DNA of 64,000 nt from Patescibacteria group bacterium (GCA_041664365.1 JBAYKW010000001.1:71168-135167), one strand, 5' to 3'; shown: positions 1-10,289, counted from the first letter of the stretch. Translations and numbers: made by a program. Notes: generated by a model not told the origin, from the sequence alone.

Positions 1-50
1 ATTTTCCATTCTTATCATACCAAAAATACAATATTATCGGAAGAGTGCCG

Positions 51-3000
51 TTATTCTGACACTTCAACCGCTCCATCGCCTACGATAGCCTCAATTTCTG
101 CCACTATTCTGCCACTTAAACTGATTGCCGTTTTGGTTGAGATAGTTTTCGGACTCCCGCCATTTTTCCATACCAGAAAAACTTTATATTCTCCCTGATT
201 CTTTTCAAAAATTACTTTCAGCTTGTCCAGGGTTTCTTTTTCTAAATTGGCAATTTTGATTGTGATTTTCTTCTCTATAGATTCGGGTTTATTGGAATCA
301 GATTGTCCGGAAAATTCTTTTACTTTTTCACAAATCAATTTCGGGATTCCTTCTTTCGTATTTACTTTCCCGGTAACCAGCAGCATTTTATCTTCTGCCC
401 AGATTTCATGATTGTCCTTCAGTGTGGATGGAAAAACTATTATTTCCACCGCTCCGGTCAGATCTTCCAAAGTGACAAAGAGCATCTGCTCGTTGGTCTT
501 GGTAATTATTTTTTTAATTGAAGTGATAATTCCACCGACAGTTATATTTCTTTTCAGTCCCTTACTAAGTGTGTTGATCGGGCTGGTAATTTTCTCCAGC
601 TGCTCACGATAATCATCGAGCGGGTGTTCGGAGATATACATCCCGAGCAGTTGTTTTTCCCATCCCAGTCTTGTCTTCTTATCAACCGGTTCTGATTCGG
701 TCAGGCGTAACTTTGGGCTGTGCTCGGCGGGAAGCATACCGAAAAGGTTGGTCTGGCCGTTAAGTCTTTCTTTCTGACTGTTTTTCGCGTAAATCAGGAT
801 TGACTCCAGATTATCGAGAAGGGTTTGGCGATTGCCAAAATCATCCATTGCTCCGCATTTGATGAGGCTCTCCAGTGATTTCTTATTCAAATCCCTAGTT
901 TGTACGCGTCTGAGGAAATCCTCCAGGTTTTTATATTTACCGTCTTTCTTTCTTTCATCAATTATGGTACGGACAATATTAGTTCCGATATTTTTGATGG
1001 CCATCAAGCCAAAACGGATGCGTGGCTGCTCGGTACCGAGACTCTCCTTAACCACGGTAAAAGTTGAAAAACTTTCATTAACGTCCGGCGGAACAACCTC
1101 AATGCCGTGCTTTTTTGTTTCCGCAACTTCTACGGCGATCCGGTCAGTATTGCCGTAATCAGCGGTTAGAAGGGCGGCCAGAAACTGCGCCGGCCAATTG
1201 GCTTTCAAATAGGCTGTCTGATAGGCAATCAAAGCGTAACAGGCTGCGTGTGACCGGTTGAAACCGTACTCAGCAAATGGTTCTACGAAATCGAACAGTT
1301 TTTCAGCAATCCTTTTTTGAATGCCGTTTGTTATCGCCCCTTGGACAAATTTCTCTCTTTGCTCCATGAGCAGTTTACGGATTTTTTTACCGATAGCTTT
1401 ACGCAGAATATCAGCCTCGCCAAGGGTGAATCCGCACAAATCACGGGCGATCTGCAGAATCTGTTCCTGATAAACGGCAATCCCGTATGTTTTTTTCAAA
1501 ATGGGTTCCAGTTTCGGGTGGAGATAGGTAATTTTTTTCTTACCGCGCTTGCCCGCGATGTAATCTGGGATCAGCTCCATCGGACCCGGGCGGTACAGGG
1601 AAACCATTGCAATGATATCTTCTAAATCCGTCGGTTTCAGTTCTTTCAGATAACGGGTCATGCCGGAGCTTTCTAATTGGAACACCCCGATCGTATCGCC
1701 CTTTTGAAACAGTTTGAAAGCATTTTTATCATCCAGCGGAATTTTATCTATATCAACTTCTTCGCCGGTTGTCTTAAAGATTATATCTAAAGCGTTTTCC
1801 AAAATTGTTAGATTCTTGAGTCCGAGAAAATCCATTTTCAAAAGTCCCAGATCTTCAATCGGATTCAGCGAATACTGAGTGATGATTGTTTTATCATCTT
1901 GACTGGCATATTGCGTCGGCACGTGCTGTTCTAGCGGATCCGGAGCGATGACTATTCCACAGGCATGGGTAGAAGTATGACGTGCTACACCTTCCAGTTT
2001 TTTTGCAGTATCAACCAGTTTTTTCGCTTCAGAATCTGTATTGTATAGATCTTTCAGTTCGGGGACGGATTTTAGCGCTTCATCCAACGTCATAAACATC
2101 GGGATCATCTTTGCCACCTGGTCGCAGAAATTATACGGCAGTCCCTGCACCCGGCCGACATCCCGGATAGCGGCTCTTGCTGCCATCGTACCAAATGTGA
2201 TTATTTGGGCGACATGGTCTTTGCCATATTTTTCTTCAACATATGTTATGACTTCATTCCGGCGGGAGTCAGCGAAATCGATATCAATATCCGGCATCGA
2301 AATTCTCTCGGGATTCAAAAATCTTTCAAACATTAGTTCATAGTGCAGGGGATCCAGGTTGGTAATATTTAAAACAAAGGAAACAAGACTGCCGGCGGCA
2401 GAACCTCTACCCGGGCCGACCACAATTTTATTATTTTTTGCCCAGTTAACAAAATCCTGGACGATTAAAAAGTAGGAGGAAAATCCGGTTTTATGAATTA
2501 CACTCAATTCATATTCCAGCCGGTCAATGATTGTTTTTGTTTTTTCATCCGTAATATTTTGTTTTTCCGGGTCAGACGGAATGTCGATTCCAAATCTTTT
2601 TTTAATTCCCTGAAAGCACAACTCCCGCAGATATTCATCGGTTGTTTTTTTCTCCGGTGTTTCGTAATGGGGGAGCATGATTTTACCGAATTCTATTTCA
2701 ACATTGCATTTTTCGGCAATTTTTACGGTGTTTTCGAGCGCTTCCGGGACATGACTGAAATCTCTGGCCATTTGTTCCGGAGTTTTCAGGGAAAAATCCT
2801 CCCCGACATAGGAAATACGGTCCGTTTCTTCCTGCTTTCTTTTCATCTGGATGCATAAAAGCACGTCCTGCGGATACGCGTCCGCCGGTTCCAAGTAATG
2901 AACATCATTGGTCGCAACCAGCGGGATACTCAATTTTTTACCCAGCTCGATTAAACTTTCGTTGACTTTATGCTGTTGTTCGATACTCGGGTGATTCTGG

Positions 3001-3521
3001 AGTTCCAAATAAAAATTACCCTCGCCAAAAAGGTTGGCATAGTTTTTAATCAGTTCTTCCGCATGACCAAGGTCATTATTTCTGATCGCTGATGGGATTT
3101 CTCCCTGCAGGCAGGCGGTCATGGCAATCAATCCCTTGGAATGTTTTTGCAATAATTCCCAGTCAATACGCGGTTTATAATAGAAACCTTCCAGGTGCGC
3201 TTTTGTAATCAGTGTAAGCAGATTCTGGTATCCGGTCTGATTCTTTGCCAGCAGAATTAAATGATACGGTCGGTCATCAACCCTGGATCTTTTATTATGC
3301 ATTCCGTTTTTTGCGACATATGTTTCCACGCCGATAATCGGTTTGATTCCCGCTTCCGTTGCTTTTTGAAAAAATTCAATCGCACCATATAAAACACCAT
3401 GGTCAGTTAAGGCCAGGGCATCCATATTCAGTTTTTTTGCTTTGCTGACTAAATCACCAATTTTGGGCAGGCCGTCGAGCAGGCTATAGTGGCTGTGAGT
3501 GTGGAGGTGAACAAAACTCAT
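51..3521 (-). CDS. dnaE: DNA polymerase III alpha subunit
   Basis: 1156 aa. N-terminal PHP domain motif MSFVHLHTHSHYSLLDG. Pol III alpha core motifs and a C-terminal OB-fold region are present throughout. Confidence 0.93.
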   Translation of the reverse strand: MSFVHLHTHSHYSLLDGLPKIGDLVSKAKKLNMDALALTDHGVLYGAIEFFQKATEAGIKPIIGVETYVAKNGMHNKRSRVDDRPYHLILLAKNQTGYQNLLTLITKAHLEGFYYKPRIDWELLQKHSKGLIAMTACLQGEIPSAIRNNDLGHAEELIKNYANLFGEGNFYLELQNHPSIEQQHKVNESLIELGKKLSIPLVATNDVHYLEPADAYPQDVLLCIQMKRKQEETDRISYVGEDFSLKTPEQMARDFSHVPEALENTVKIAEKCNVEIEFGKIMLPHYETPEKKTTDEYLRELCFQGIKKRFGIDIPSDPEKQNITDEKTKTIIDRLEYELSVIHKTGFSSYFLIVQDFVNWAKNNKIVVGPGRGSAAGSLVSFVLNITNLDPLHYELMFERFLNPERISMPDIDIDFADSRRNEVITYVEEKYGKDHVAQIITFGTMAARAAIRDVGRVQGLPYNFCDQVAKMIPMFMTLDEALKSVPELKDLYNTDSEAKKLVDTAKKLEGVARHTSTHACGIVIAPDPLEQHVPTQYASQDDKTIITQYSLNPIEDLGLLKMDFLGLKNLTILENALDIIFKTTGEEVDIDKIPLDDKNAFKLFQKGDTIGVFQLESSGMTRYLKELKPTDLEDIIAMVSLYRPGPMELIPDYIAGKRGKKKITYLHPKLEPILKKTYGIAVYQEQILQIARDLCGFTLGEADILRKAIGKKIRKLLMEQREKFVQGAITNGIQKRIAEKLFDFVEPFAEYGFNRSHAACYALIAYQTAYLKANWPAQFLAALLTADYGNTDRIAVEVAETKKHGIEVVPPDVNESFSTFTVVKESLGTEQPRIRFGLMAIKNIGTNIVRTIIDERKKDGKYKNLEDFLRRVQTRDLNKKSLESLIKCGAMDDFGNRQTLLDNLESILIYAKNSQKERLNGQTNLFGMLPAEHSPKLRLTESEPVDKKTRLGWEKQLLGMYISEHPLDDYREQLEKITSPINTLSKGLKRNITVGGIITSIKKIITKTNEQMLFVTLEDLTGAVEIIVFPSTLKDNHEIWAEDKMLLVTGKVNTKEGIPKLICEKVKEFSGQSDSNKPESIEKKITIKIANLEKETLDKLKVIFEKNQGEYKVFLVWKNGGSPKTISTKTAISLSGRIVAEIEAIVGDGAVEVSE

Positions 3522-3585
3522 GCTTGTTTTGGGTTGTTAATTCAGTTGTCAATTATAACACTTTTTCACTCACCCGATCAATGCG

Positions 3586-3613
3586 ATCAAAAAGCCCCCA
3601 AGATCGAGGGGGC
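3586..3613 (-). terminator. Intrinsic terminator for the small minus-strand gene (GCCCCC-N8-GGGGGC followed by a U-run on the minus strand)
   Basis: Stem GCCCCC (3594-3599) pairs with GGGGGC (3608-3613). Plus-strand CAAAAA at 3586-3591 reads as TTTTTG on the minus strand directly after the stem. Confidence 0.5.
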
Positions 3614-3633
3614 TCGAAACAAAGAGGTCTGAA

Positions 3634-4026
3634 TTATTTTTTTCTACGTCTTGCTTTATTGTTTACTTCTTCTTCAAATTCATCTTCATATTCATCATCC
3701 TTTCTGGACTTTCTGCCTTTAAACATATTCAATAAATCAGTTACGCCTTTTACCACTGTGGTAAGCATTGTTGTAGAATGTGTAATTTTTTCCCTAATCA
3801 AATTCAATACATTACCGAACTCCTCTACCTTACTCTTCACCTCTTCAACCATTTCTTTTGAAGATTTCAAAATCTGGGCGATGTAGTAAAGAATCCAAAC
3901 TGAAAATATTGTAACAATAAAAACACAAAGGGCGATCACAAGGAATAGAACGTCTTTGCTAGTTTCAAACATATGTTTATTTAATAAGAATAAATTTAAC
4001 AAGATTAAGTATATCATATATTTCAA
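3634..4026 (-). CDS. Small membrane protein, hypothetical (N-terminal TM helix plus charged coiled-coil tail)
   Basis: 130-aa ORF. The track start is TTG; the first in-frame ATG would be at 4017. It has one predicted hydrophobic helix and a KR/DE-rich C-terminus. No recognisable catalytic motif. Confidence 0.45.
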   Translation of the reverse strand: MKYMIYLILLNLFLLNKHMFETSKDVLFLVIALCVFIVTIFSVWILYYIAQILKSSKEMVEEVKSKVEEFGNVLNLIREKITHSTTMLTTVVKGVTDLLNMFKGRKSRKDDEYEDEFEEEVNNKARRRKK

Positions 4027-4073
4027 ATTTCAAGTATTATACTTCATTTTTTTGCCTATTTGTGGTATTTTAT

Positions 4074-4946
4074 ATGCAGGAACAAACCATGGCAGAATAC
4101 AGCGATAAACAACTTAAGATAAGTATTTGGTGGGTAACGCACCGATATCAGCTTAAAAAATGGTGGGTCATTTTGATTGCCGTGGCTGATTTGATGGTTT
4201 TTTTGTATATTCTGTTCAATGTCATTATTTTGCTTGTCACATGGACCAAGTTCACTACTATACCTAGTCAGATCGGTGTATCATACATCGACTTTGGGGC
4301 GTATCAACAGACGAATTCCCCGCAAGCTATCCAGGTGATAAACACCAGTCTGATACCAATTCCTGGACAGGTTCAAAAATATAATTTAATTGCAGAAATA
4401 AAAAATCCGAACGCAAAATGGGTTGCTAATTCCTTAGTTTTTCATTTTGTTTTAGACGGGGTTGACTTAGATCAGGAAACTACATTTCTTCTGCCTCAGG
4501 AACAGCGCTATGTTTTTAAATATGCCGTAAAAAGTACAGCGGAAAAGCCAATTGCCAAATTAGTGGTTGACGCTCCGGGATGGGTGAGGGTAGATTTTCC
4601 TGAAAAAAAACCCGCTATCAATTTTGAAGTTACGGACATAAAAACTGATCTGATTCCTATCCTAGGTGAAAGAGGAACGCAATCTTCATATTCGACTAGG
4701 GTTACAGCAATGATAAAGAACAATACTGTTTACAATTTCTGGAATGTTAAATTTCTGGTTGTTTTGTATAGCGGTAATTTGCCGGTTGCTGTCAACGAAG
4801 CAAAATTTGATCGATTTGCTGCATTGGAATCAAGGGAGTTGGGACTTTCCTGGGGTGAAGAATACGGATCTGTTACAAGTGTGAAAGTTGTCCCGGAAGT
4901 GAATGCATATGATCCCACTATGCTGTATTCACCGGATGAATTCTAG
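4074..4946 (+). CDS. Hypothetical membrane-anchored protein (single N-terminal TM), immediately upstream of the SEDS gene
   Basis: The track start is GTG at 4062; the first ATG is at 4074 (MQEQTMAEY...). One TM helix (ILIAVADLMVFLYILFNVIILLV) is followed by a ~230-aa soluble domain. No known motif recognised. Confidence 0.55.
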   Translation: MQEQTMAEYSDKQLKISIWWVTHRYQLKKWWVILIAVADLMVFLYILFNVIILLVTWTKFTTIPSQIGVSYIDFGAYQQTNSPQAIQVINTSLIPIPGQVQKYNLIAEIKNPNAKWVANSLVFHFVLDGVDLDQETTFLLPQEQRYVFKYAVKSTAEKPIAKLVVDAPGWVRVDFPEKKPAINFEVTDIKTDLIPILGERGTQSSYSTRVTAMIKNNTVYNFWNVKFLVVLYSGNLPVAVNEAKFDRFAALESRELGLSWGEEYGSVTSVKVVPEVNAYDPTMLYSPDEF

Positions 4947-4962
4947 AATTTGATTTTTTCCT

Positions 4963-6081
4963 TTGATCGGTATGATATTTGATAAATATTTCTCACAATT
5001 TAAAAGGTTTGACTGGATACTTTTCACGATCGCCGTTATTCTGGTGATATTCGGGTTATTGGCGATTTATAGTATTTCGGTCAATCAGGAAAATGGATCA
5101 TTCAGCCTGCTGGTTACTCAGCTGGTTGCTTTTGGTTTGGGAACAATTTTTCTGTTAACGCTGGCATTCTTTGACTATCGGATATTGCGGGGGTATGCCA
5201 ATATAATATATTGGATAGGAGTTTCATTGTTATTAGGTGTTTTAATTTTTGGTATCACGGTGAGAGGAACAAAAGGATGGTATTCTTTCTTCGGCCAGGT
5301 ATTCCAGCCGGTAGAGGTTGTTAAAGTATTAATGATTATTTTCCTGGCCCGCTATTTGGCGCACAAAGCATCGGAACCTTTTACATTTAAAAATGTATTG
5401 ATCAGCGCCCTCTTTATCGGTCTGCCGGTTGTACTGGTGTTAATGCAGCCGGATTTAGGGTCGGCAATAATATTTATTTCCATCTGGGCGGGGATGACCT
5501 GGTTAACCAGAATTAAAAAGTCACATATCCTGATAATCATAGGCACTATGTTTTTTGTTATGTTCATCAGCTGGTTTTTTCTGGCGGATTACCAAAAAGA
5601 GCGGGTTTTAAATTTTGCCCAACCGACCCGCGATCCATTAAAACAGGGATATAATGTCACACAGTCGATAATATCTATCGGATCAGGGCAATTTTGGGGC
5701 AGAGGTCTTTCGCTCGGTCCGCAAAGCCGTTTAAACTTCCTGCCGGCAAAAGAAACAGATTTTGTTTTTGCTGTGATTGCGGAGGAGCTTGGTTTTATCG
5801 GCGCGTTTTTTGTAATTTCCATATTTGGTTTATTGTTTTGGCGGATTATTAAAATAATCCGCTCGGCTCAAGATGACTTCGGAATATACGTTGCCTGGGG
5901 AATTTTGGTCATGATTGTTGTTCAAATGTTTATTAATATCGGTATGAATTTAGGACTAGCCCCGGTCGCGGGATTGCCGTTGCCATTCATCAGCGCGGGA
6001 GGCAGTTCACTGATGATGAGCTTGCTTTCCATTGGTATCGTTGAAAGTATATATATCCGCAGAAAATCCTTAAAACTGTAA
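4963..6081 (+). CDS. SEDS family peptidoglycan glycosyltransferase (FtsW/RodA)
   Basis: 372 aa with about 10 TM helices. Conserved SEDS motifs GQFWGRGLSLGPQ, LPAKETDFVFAVIAEELGFIGA and PFISAGGSS are present. Confidence 0.9.
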   Translation: MIGMIFDKYFSQFKRFDWILFTIAVILVIFGLLAIYSISVNQENGSFSLLVTQLVAFGLGTIFLLTLAFFDYRILRGYANIIYWIGVSLLLGVLIFGITVRGTKGWYSFFGQVFQPVEVVKVLMIIFLARYLAHKASEPFTFKNVLISALFIGLPVVLVLMQPDLGSAIIFISIWAGMTWLTRIKKSHILIIIGTMFFVMFISWFFLADYQKERVLNFAQPTRDPLKQGYNVTQSIISIGSGQFWGRGLSLGPQSRLNFLPAKETDFVFAVIAEELGFIGAFFVISIFGLLFWRIIKIIRSAQDDFGIYVAWGILVMIVVQMFINIGMNLGLAPVAGLPLPFISAGGSSLMMSLLSIGIVESIYIRRKSLKL

Positions 6082-6083
6082 AT

Positions 6084-6701
6084 ATGAAAATCCGACTGAA
6101 TTCATGGATTATGCAGCCATTATATTTATTTGTTACCCTACTTACAAAAAAGCCAGAGGGTTGTGAAAATATTCCAAAAAAAGGGCCGTTAATAATTGCC
6201 GCAAATCACATCAGTTATTTTGATATGTATATATTAATCGCACCGATAGTACGTGCAACTTCACGGCATATGAATTTTATCGCAAAAACAGGTAACTATC
6301 GCATATTTGATGCTGTCGCGATTGATCCGGCTGATCCTGCGCGCAGTTTGGAAAAAATGAGTGAGGTATTGAAAAATGGAGAACTTGTTGCTATATTTCC
6401 TGAAGGCAAAGCTAATCCGAACAAAGAATTGGCAAAAGGTAAAACGGGTGTAGCAAGACTCGCCCTGTATAACAGGGTTCCTGTTTTACCGGTTGGAATT
6501 GACGGCCCTCACGGTTCAACAGTCAAAGAATCCTTCAGAAATTTTTTTAAAGGGATTGGCAGAGCAAAGATCAAGATCGGCAAGCCGATTTACTTTGACC
6601 GATATTACGAAAAGGAAATAACTAAAGATTTGCTGGTAGAAGTGACGGGAGAAATAATGAAGGAAATTTCAAATTTGTCCGGTAAACCATATCCATTTTA
6701 A
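6084..6701 (+). CDS. plsC: 1-acyl-sn-glycerol-3-phosphate acyltransferase family protein
   Basis: HX4D acyltransferase motif (NHISYFD) and the FPEGK motif are present. 205 aa. Confidence 0.8.
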   Translation: MKIRLNSWIMQPLYLFVTLLTKKPEGCENIPKKGPLIIAANHISYFDMYILIAPIVRATSRHMNFIAKTGNYRIFDAVAIDPADPARSLEKMSEVLKNGELVAIFPEGKANPNKELAKGKTGVARLALYNRVPVLPVGIDGPHGSTVKESFRNFFKGIGRAKIKIGKPIYFDRYYEKEITKDLLVEVTGEIMKEISNLSGKPYPF

Positions 6702-6704
6702 TTT

Positions 6705-7970
6705 ATGACCAGAAGAAAAAAAATATTATTTTTACCGCACTCCGACGGGTTAGCGCACATAACCCGGTGTTTGACGATTGCTGATTTGTTGCCGAAATCA
6801 AAATATCACATAAGATTTGCGGTGAGTCGTGATAAACGTGACTTTGTCCGAAAAGCGGGGTATGGAACGTATACATTATCACCGTCAACCAGTTTTGATG
6901 TGGCGGAGGAGTATAAATTCGCGCAGAAAAATGAATATCTGGATTTGCTTTCCAATAACGTAGAAGAGGACTTGGATATTTTAAATAAATATAAACCGGA
7001 TGTGGTTATTTCTGATAAACGGACAACCGCCTGTATCTCAACCAGAATCAAAAAAATTCCGTGGATTACAATCGCGAATTCTATTTACCTGAAAGAGTTC
7101 TGGAAGGGGAACGGTTTGGATCTTTCAGAAAAAAAGCTTTTGAACCAATTTTACTATTTTGTCGGGTGGTTTTTTGTAAATTTTATTTCCAGGCAGGCAA
7201 TGAAAGTGCCTTTTCATAAAGTATCAAATCAATTCGCCAAGGCCTCGGTTTATGCCCAGTATGATGCGGATTTGAAACTGGTTGCGGACGTGCCGGAATA
7301 CGCCTCTCTCTCACCGCTACCCAGCGATGCATATTTTGTTGGTCCGTTATTGTGGCGTGGATTTGAAAAAAAAGAGCCGTCCTGGTTTAAAGATTTGGAT
7401 AAAACAAAGCCGATTATCTACTTATCACTCGGCGGAACTATTTATAACCAGGAAATGCTGAACAGTACTGTTGAAGCAGTTACTAATTCTGATTATCAGT
7501 TAATTGTAAGTCTAGGGCCGAATTTTAAACGAAATAAAATCGGTAAACTGCCGGATAACGTTTGGCTGGAAACTTATCTGCCCGGGCAAAGAGCCTGTGA
7601 GATCAGCGATATTGTAATTCATCATGGCGGTCATGGTACGGTTATGCAGGCATTGAAATACGGCAAGCCATGCATTGTAATTCCGCATAATTACGGTCAA
7701 TGGTACAATGCAAAAAGAATTGAACGGTTAAAGTGCGGGATAAACTTGAATCCGATTAAGGCATCATGGGTCAATCCAAATTCGTTATTAAAGGACGCAT
7801 TGGATGTTAAACCCTCTGAAATCAGATTTGCGATTGAAAAAATATTAAAACACGATAAGTACAGAAGAAATTCCGAAAAATTCAGAAAAACAATCCGTTC
7901 TTACCGTGAAGGTCATCGCGCGATAGACATTATTGAGCGTTTTATTAATACCCACCAAAAGCGGAAATAA
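6705..7970 (+). CDS. GT1 (MGT/UDP-glycosyltransferase-like) glycosyltransferase
   Basis: N-terminal Gly-rich acceptor domain. C-terminal donor-binding signature HHGGHGTVMQALKYGKPCIVIPH. Confidence 0.75.
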   Translation: MTRRKKILFLPHSDGLAHITRCLTIADLLPKSKYHIRFAVSRDKRDFVRKAGYGTYTLSPSTSFDVAEEYKFAQKNEYLDLLSNNVEEDLDILNKYKPDVVISDKRTTACISTRIKKIPWITIANSIYLKEFWKGNGLDLSEKKLLNQFYYFVGWFFVNFISRQAMKVPFHKVSNQFAKASVYAQYDADLKLVADVPEYASLSPLPSDAYFVGPLLWRGFEKKEPSWFKDLDKTKPIIYLSLGGTIYNQEMLNSTVEAVTNSDYQLIVSLGPNFKRNKIGKLPDNVWLETYLPGQRACEISDIVIHHGGHGTVMQALKYGKPCIVIPHNYGQWYNAKRIERLKCGINLNPIKASWVNPNSLLKDALDVKPSEIRFAIEKILKHDKYRRNSEKFRKTIRSYREGHRAIDIIERFINTHQKRK

Positions 7971-7982
7971 TAGGAATATTTA

Positions 7983-8016
7983 AAACAGCTTATGTCGATA
8001 TTTTAGCTGTTTTTTG
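7983..8016 (+). terminator. Intrinsic terminator after the glycosyltransferase gene
   Basis: AAACAGCT-N14-AGCTGTTT stem followed by TTTTTTGTT. Confidence 0.55.
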
Positions 8017-8021
8017 TTCCC

Positions 8022-8049
8022 TTGACGGATATTATAGGGGATATATAAT
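8022..8049 (+). promoter_or_regulatory. Sigma70-type promoter for the abrB-ABC operon
   Basis: TTGACG (8022-8027), 16-nt spacer, TATAAT (8044-8049). Confidence 0.45.
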
Positions 8050-8094
8050 TAAGTACGATTAATCATACATTTCATACATTACAAAAAATACATT

Positions 8095-8355
8095 ATGCAT
8101 AAAGAACATTGCGAAAAAGATCATAAGGTATGCGGTACAACAACAATCGGTGAGCGAGGGCAGGTAGTCATCCCGGCAGAAGTTAGAAAGCGCATGAATC
8201 TGAAAACCGGTGACCGGCTTTTAGTATTCTGCAAATTTGATAAATTTGTCGGATTAGTAAAATCGGACGATATTGATACATTTTTGGATAAAATGACCGA
8301 AAAAATGGTAAGTAGGGTGGAAAAAATTAGAAAAGAAATAAAAGGAGTAAAATAA
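8095..8355 (+). CDS. AbrB/MazE/SpoVT-family DNA-binding protein
   Basis: Swapped-hairpin motif TTIGERGQVVIPAEVRKRMNLKTGDRLLV. 86 aa. Starts 4 nt upstream of the ABC ATPase gene. Confidence 0.7.
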   Translation: MHKEHCEKDHKVCGTTTIGERGQVVIPAEVRKRMNLKTGDRLLVFCKFDKFVGLVKSDDIDTFLDKMTEKMVSRVEKIRKEIKGVK

Positions 8356-8358
8356 ATT

Positions 8359-9333
8359 ATGAATATAATTGAAGTAAAAAACTTAACCAGGAAATTTAAA
8401 GACTTTACAGCAGTTAAAGATGTCAGCTTTAACGTGGAAGAAGGGGAAGTCTTCGGTTTTCTCGGACCCAATGGCGCCGGTAAAACTACCACGATTAATA
8501 TGCTTTCAACATTGTTAAAACCGACATCCGGTGAAGCGATAATCAACGGGCATTCCGTAACGACAGACCGGGTGGCGGTCAGAAAATCAATCGGTTTGGT
8601 TTTTCAAGAATCAACTCTGGATGAGGAACTGACTGCACTGGAAAATCTGCGGTTTCACGCGGAGTTTTACGGCGTTCCCAAAGAAATATACCGAAAAAGG
8701 TCCGAAGAACTGCTTAAGATTGTTGATTTGTCGGACCGTGCCAAAACAGCCGTCAGGAATTTTTCCGGCGGCATGAAAAGGCGTCTGGAAATTGTCCGCG
8801 GAATGCTGCACTACCCGAAAGTTCTTTTTCTGGATGAGCCGACGATCGGTCTGGATCCGCAAACCCGCGCAACTATGTGGCAATATATTTTAAAAGTGGC
8901 AAAGCAGGAAAAAATTACGATCTTCCTGACTACGCACTATTTGAATGAGGCGGAAAACTGTAATCGTATTGCGATTATCGACCACGGCACGATTGTTGCG
9001 CTTGATACACCTGATAAGCTGAAGGAAAAGGTGGGCGGAGACATAATTACACTTGAAACGGATAATAATTCGGCAGCAATAGAATCCATCAAGAAATCAT
9101 TTTCGGAAAATGTGCGCGAAGAAGATGGCAAGATTGTTGTGATTGTTAAAGACGGAGATCAGGTATTGCCGAAAATGGTTCGTGAATTGCCGCAGATGGT
9201 TAAAAGTATTGAACTCAAAAGACCTTCGCTGGATGATGTATTCCTGAAACTGACCGGATCAAAAATCCGTGAAGAAGAACCGAATAACGCTGAGAAAACT
9301 AAAAGATTCTTAAGATCTAGGGGGAGAAGATAA
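8359..9333 (+). CDS. ABC transporter ATP-binding protein (ABC-2 exporter type)
   Basis: Walker A GPNGAGKTT. ABC signature LSGGMKRRL. Walker B LFLDEPT. Confidence 0.9.
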   Translation: MNIIEVKNLTRKFKDFTAVKDVSFNVEEGEVFGFLGPNGAGKTTTINMLSTLLKPTSGEAIINGHSVTTDRVAVRKSIGLVFQESTLDEELTALENLRFHAEFYGVPKEIYRKRSEELLKIVDLSDRAKTAVRNFSGGMKRRLEIVRGMLHYPKVLFLDEPTIGLDPQTRATMWQYILKVAKQEKITIFLTTHYLNEAENCNRIAIIDHGTIVALDTPDKLKEKVGGDIITLETDNNSAAIESIKKSFSENVREEDGKIVVIVKDGDQVLPKMVRELPQMVKSIELKRPSLDDVFLKLTGSKIREEEPNNAEKTKRFLRSRGRR

Positions 9334-9414
9334 TGAATCCCGTTAGAAATTAACGAAAATAACGGGATACAATTATCAAATTTTATAAACATTAATCACA
9401 GGATTTCTAACGGG

Positions 9415-10215
9415 ATGAAAAATGACATCAAACTGGAATTTAGATCAATGCGAAATATCTTTATGCGGGATATTTTGAGATTCTTCCGCGACAAGGCCAG
9501 AATTATCGGTTCAATTATGCAGCCTCTGATTTTTTTGGGCATCTTCGGGGTCGGATTGGAATCAACAATGAACATGGGTGGAGAGGGTTTAGGATTTAAT
9601 TTTGTACAATTCATGTTTCCTGGAATTATTGCCACGACTACGCTCGGGGTTGCGCTGAACACTTCCATCTCAATTGTGACTGATCGGGAATTCGGATTTC
9701 TGAAGGAAATCCTTGTCGCACCGGTTTCCCGGGCATCGATCATACTGGGGAAAATATTGTCCGGAGTTGTGATCGGATTATTTCAGGCAGTTTTATTGAT
9801 TGCTATATCACCGGTTTTCGGACTTTCGATTGACTGGGGCACGGTACCAGGGTTGCTGTTTGTTTCTCTTTTACTGTCTTTTGCTGTTACTTCGCTGGGT
9901 CTCTTTATCGCTACCAGGATGCGTAATGCCGAGGGGTTCCAGTTTGTGTTTCAGTTCTTATTCTTTCCGATGATGTTTCTTTCCGGCGCCTTCTTTTCAC
10001 TGACGAATGTTCCAAAATGGATGGAGATTGTCTCATCTATTAATCCGTTGACATATGCCGTAGATGGTCTGCGGAATATCGTATTCAGTAATGCGCCACA
10101 GCAGGTGATCGATTCCATTGTCATCCATTCATTATCTTTTGACGCACTAGTTATTGTTGCATTCGGGTTGGTAATGTTCGGATTGTCTTTCTGGAGCTTT
10201 AATCGCGCGGAATAG
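9415..10215 (+). CDS. ABC-2 family transporter permease
   Basis: 266 aa with six hydrophobic segments. Follows the ATPase, typical of ABC-2 exporters. Confidence 0.8.
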   Translation: MKNDIKLEFRSMRNIFMRDILRFFRDKARIIGSIMQPLIFLGIFGVGLESTMNMGGEGLGFNFVQFMFPGIIATTTLGVALNTSISIVTDREFGFLKEILVAPVSRASIILGKILSGVVIGLFQAVLLIAISPVFGLSIDWGTVPGLLFVSLLLSFAVTSLGLFIATRMRNAEGFQFVFQFLFFPMMFLSGAFFSLTNVPKWMEIVSSINPLTYAVDGLRNIVFSNAPQQVIDSIVIHSLSFDALVIVAFGLVMFGLSFWSFNRAE

Positions 10216-10251
10216 CTTATATTAATAAAAGGGGCGGATCTCCTGTTTGTC

Positions 10252-10273
10252 AGGGGACTTGACCCCTTTTTTT
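10252..10273 (+). terminator. Weak intrinsic terminator after the ABC permease
   Basis: AGGGG-ACTTGA-CCCCT followed by TTTTTT. The stem is short. Confidence 0.35.
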
Positions 10274-10286
10274 GATATGTTATACT
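10259..10286 (+). promoter_or_regulatory. Sigma70-type promoter of the hrcA operon
   Basis: TTGACC (10259-10264), 16-nt spacer, TATACT (10281-10286). CIRCE begins 4 nt downstream, the classical arrangement. Confidence 0.5.
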
Positions 10287-10289
10287 AAA

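Noticed and set aside
8121-8546. 141-aa minus-strand ORF overlapping abrB and the ABC ATPase start
   Set aside because: Antisense to two well-supported genes.
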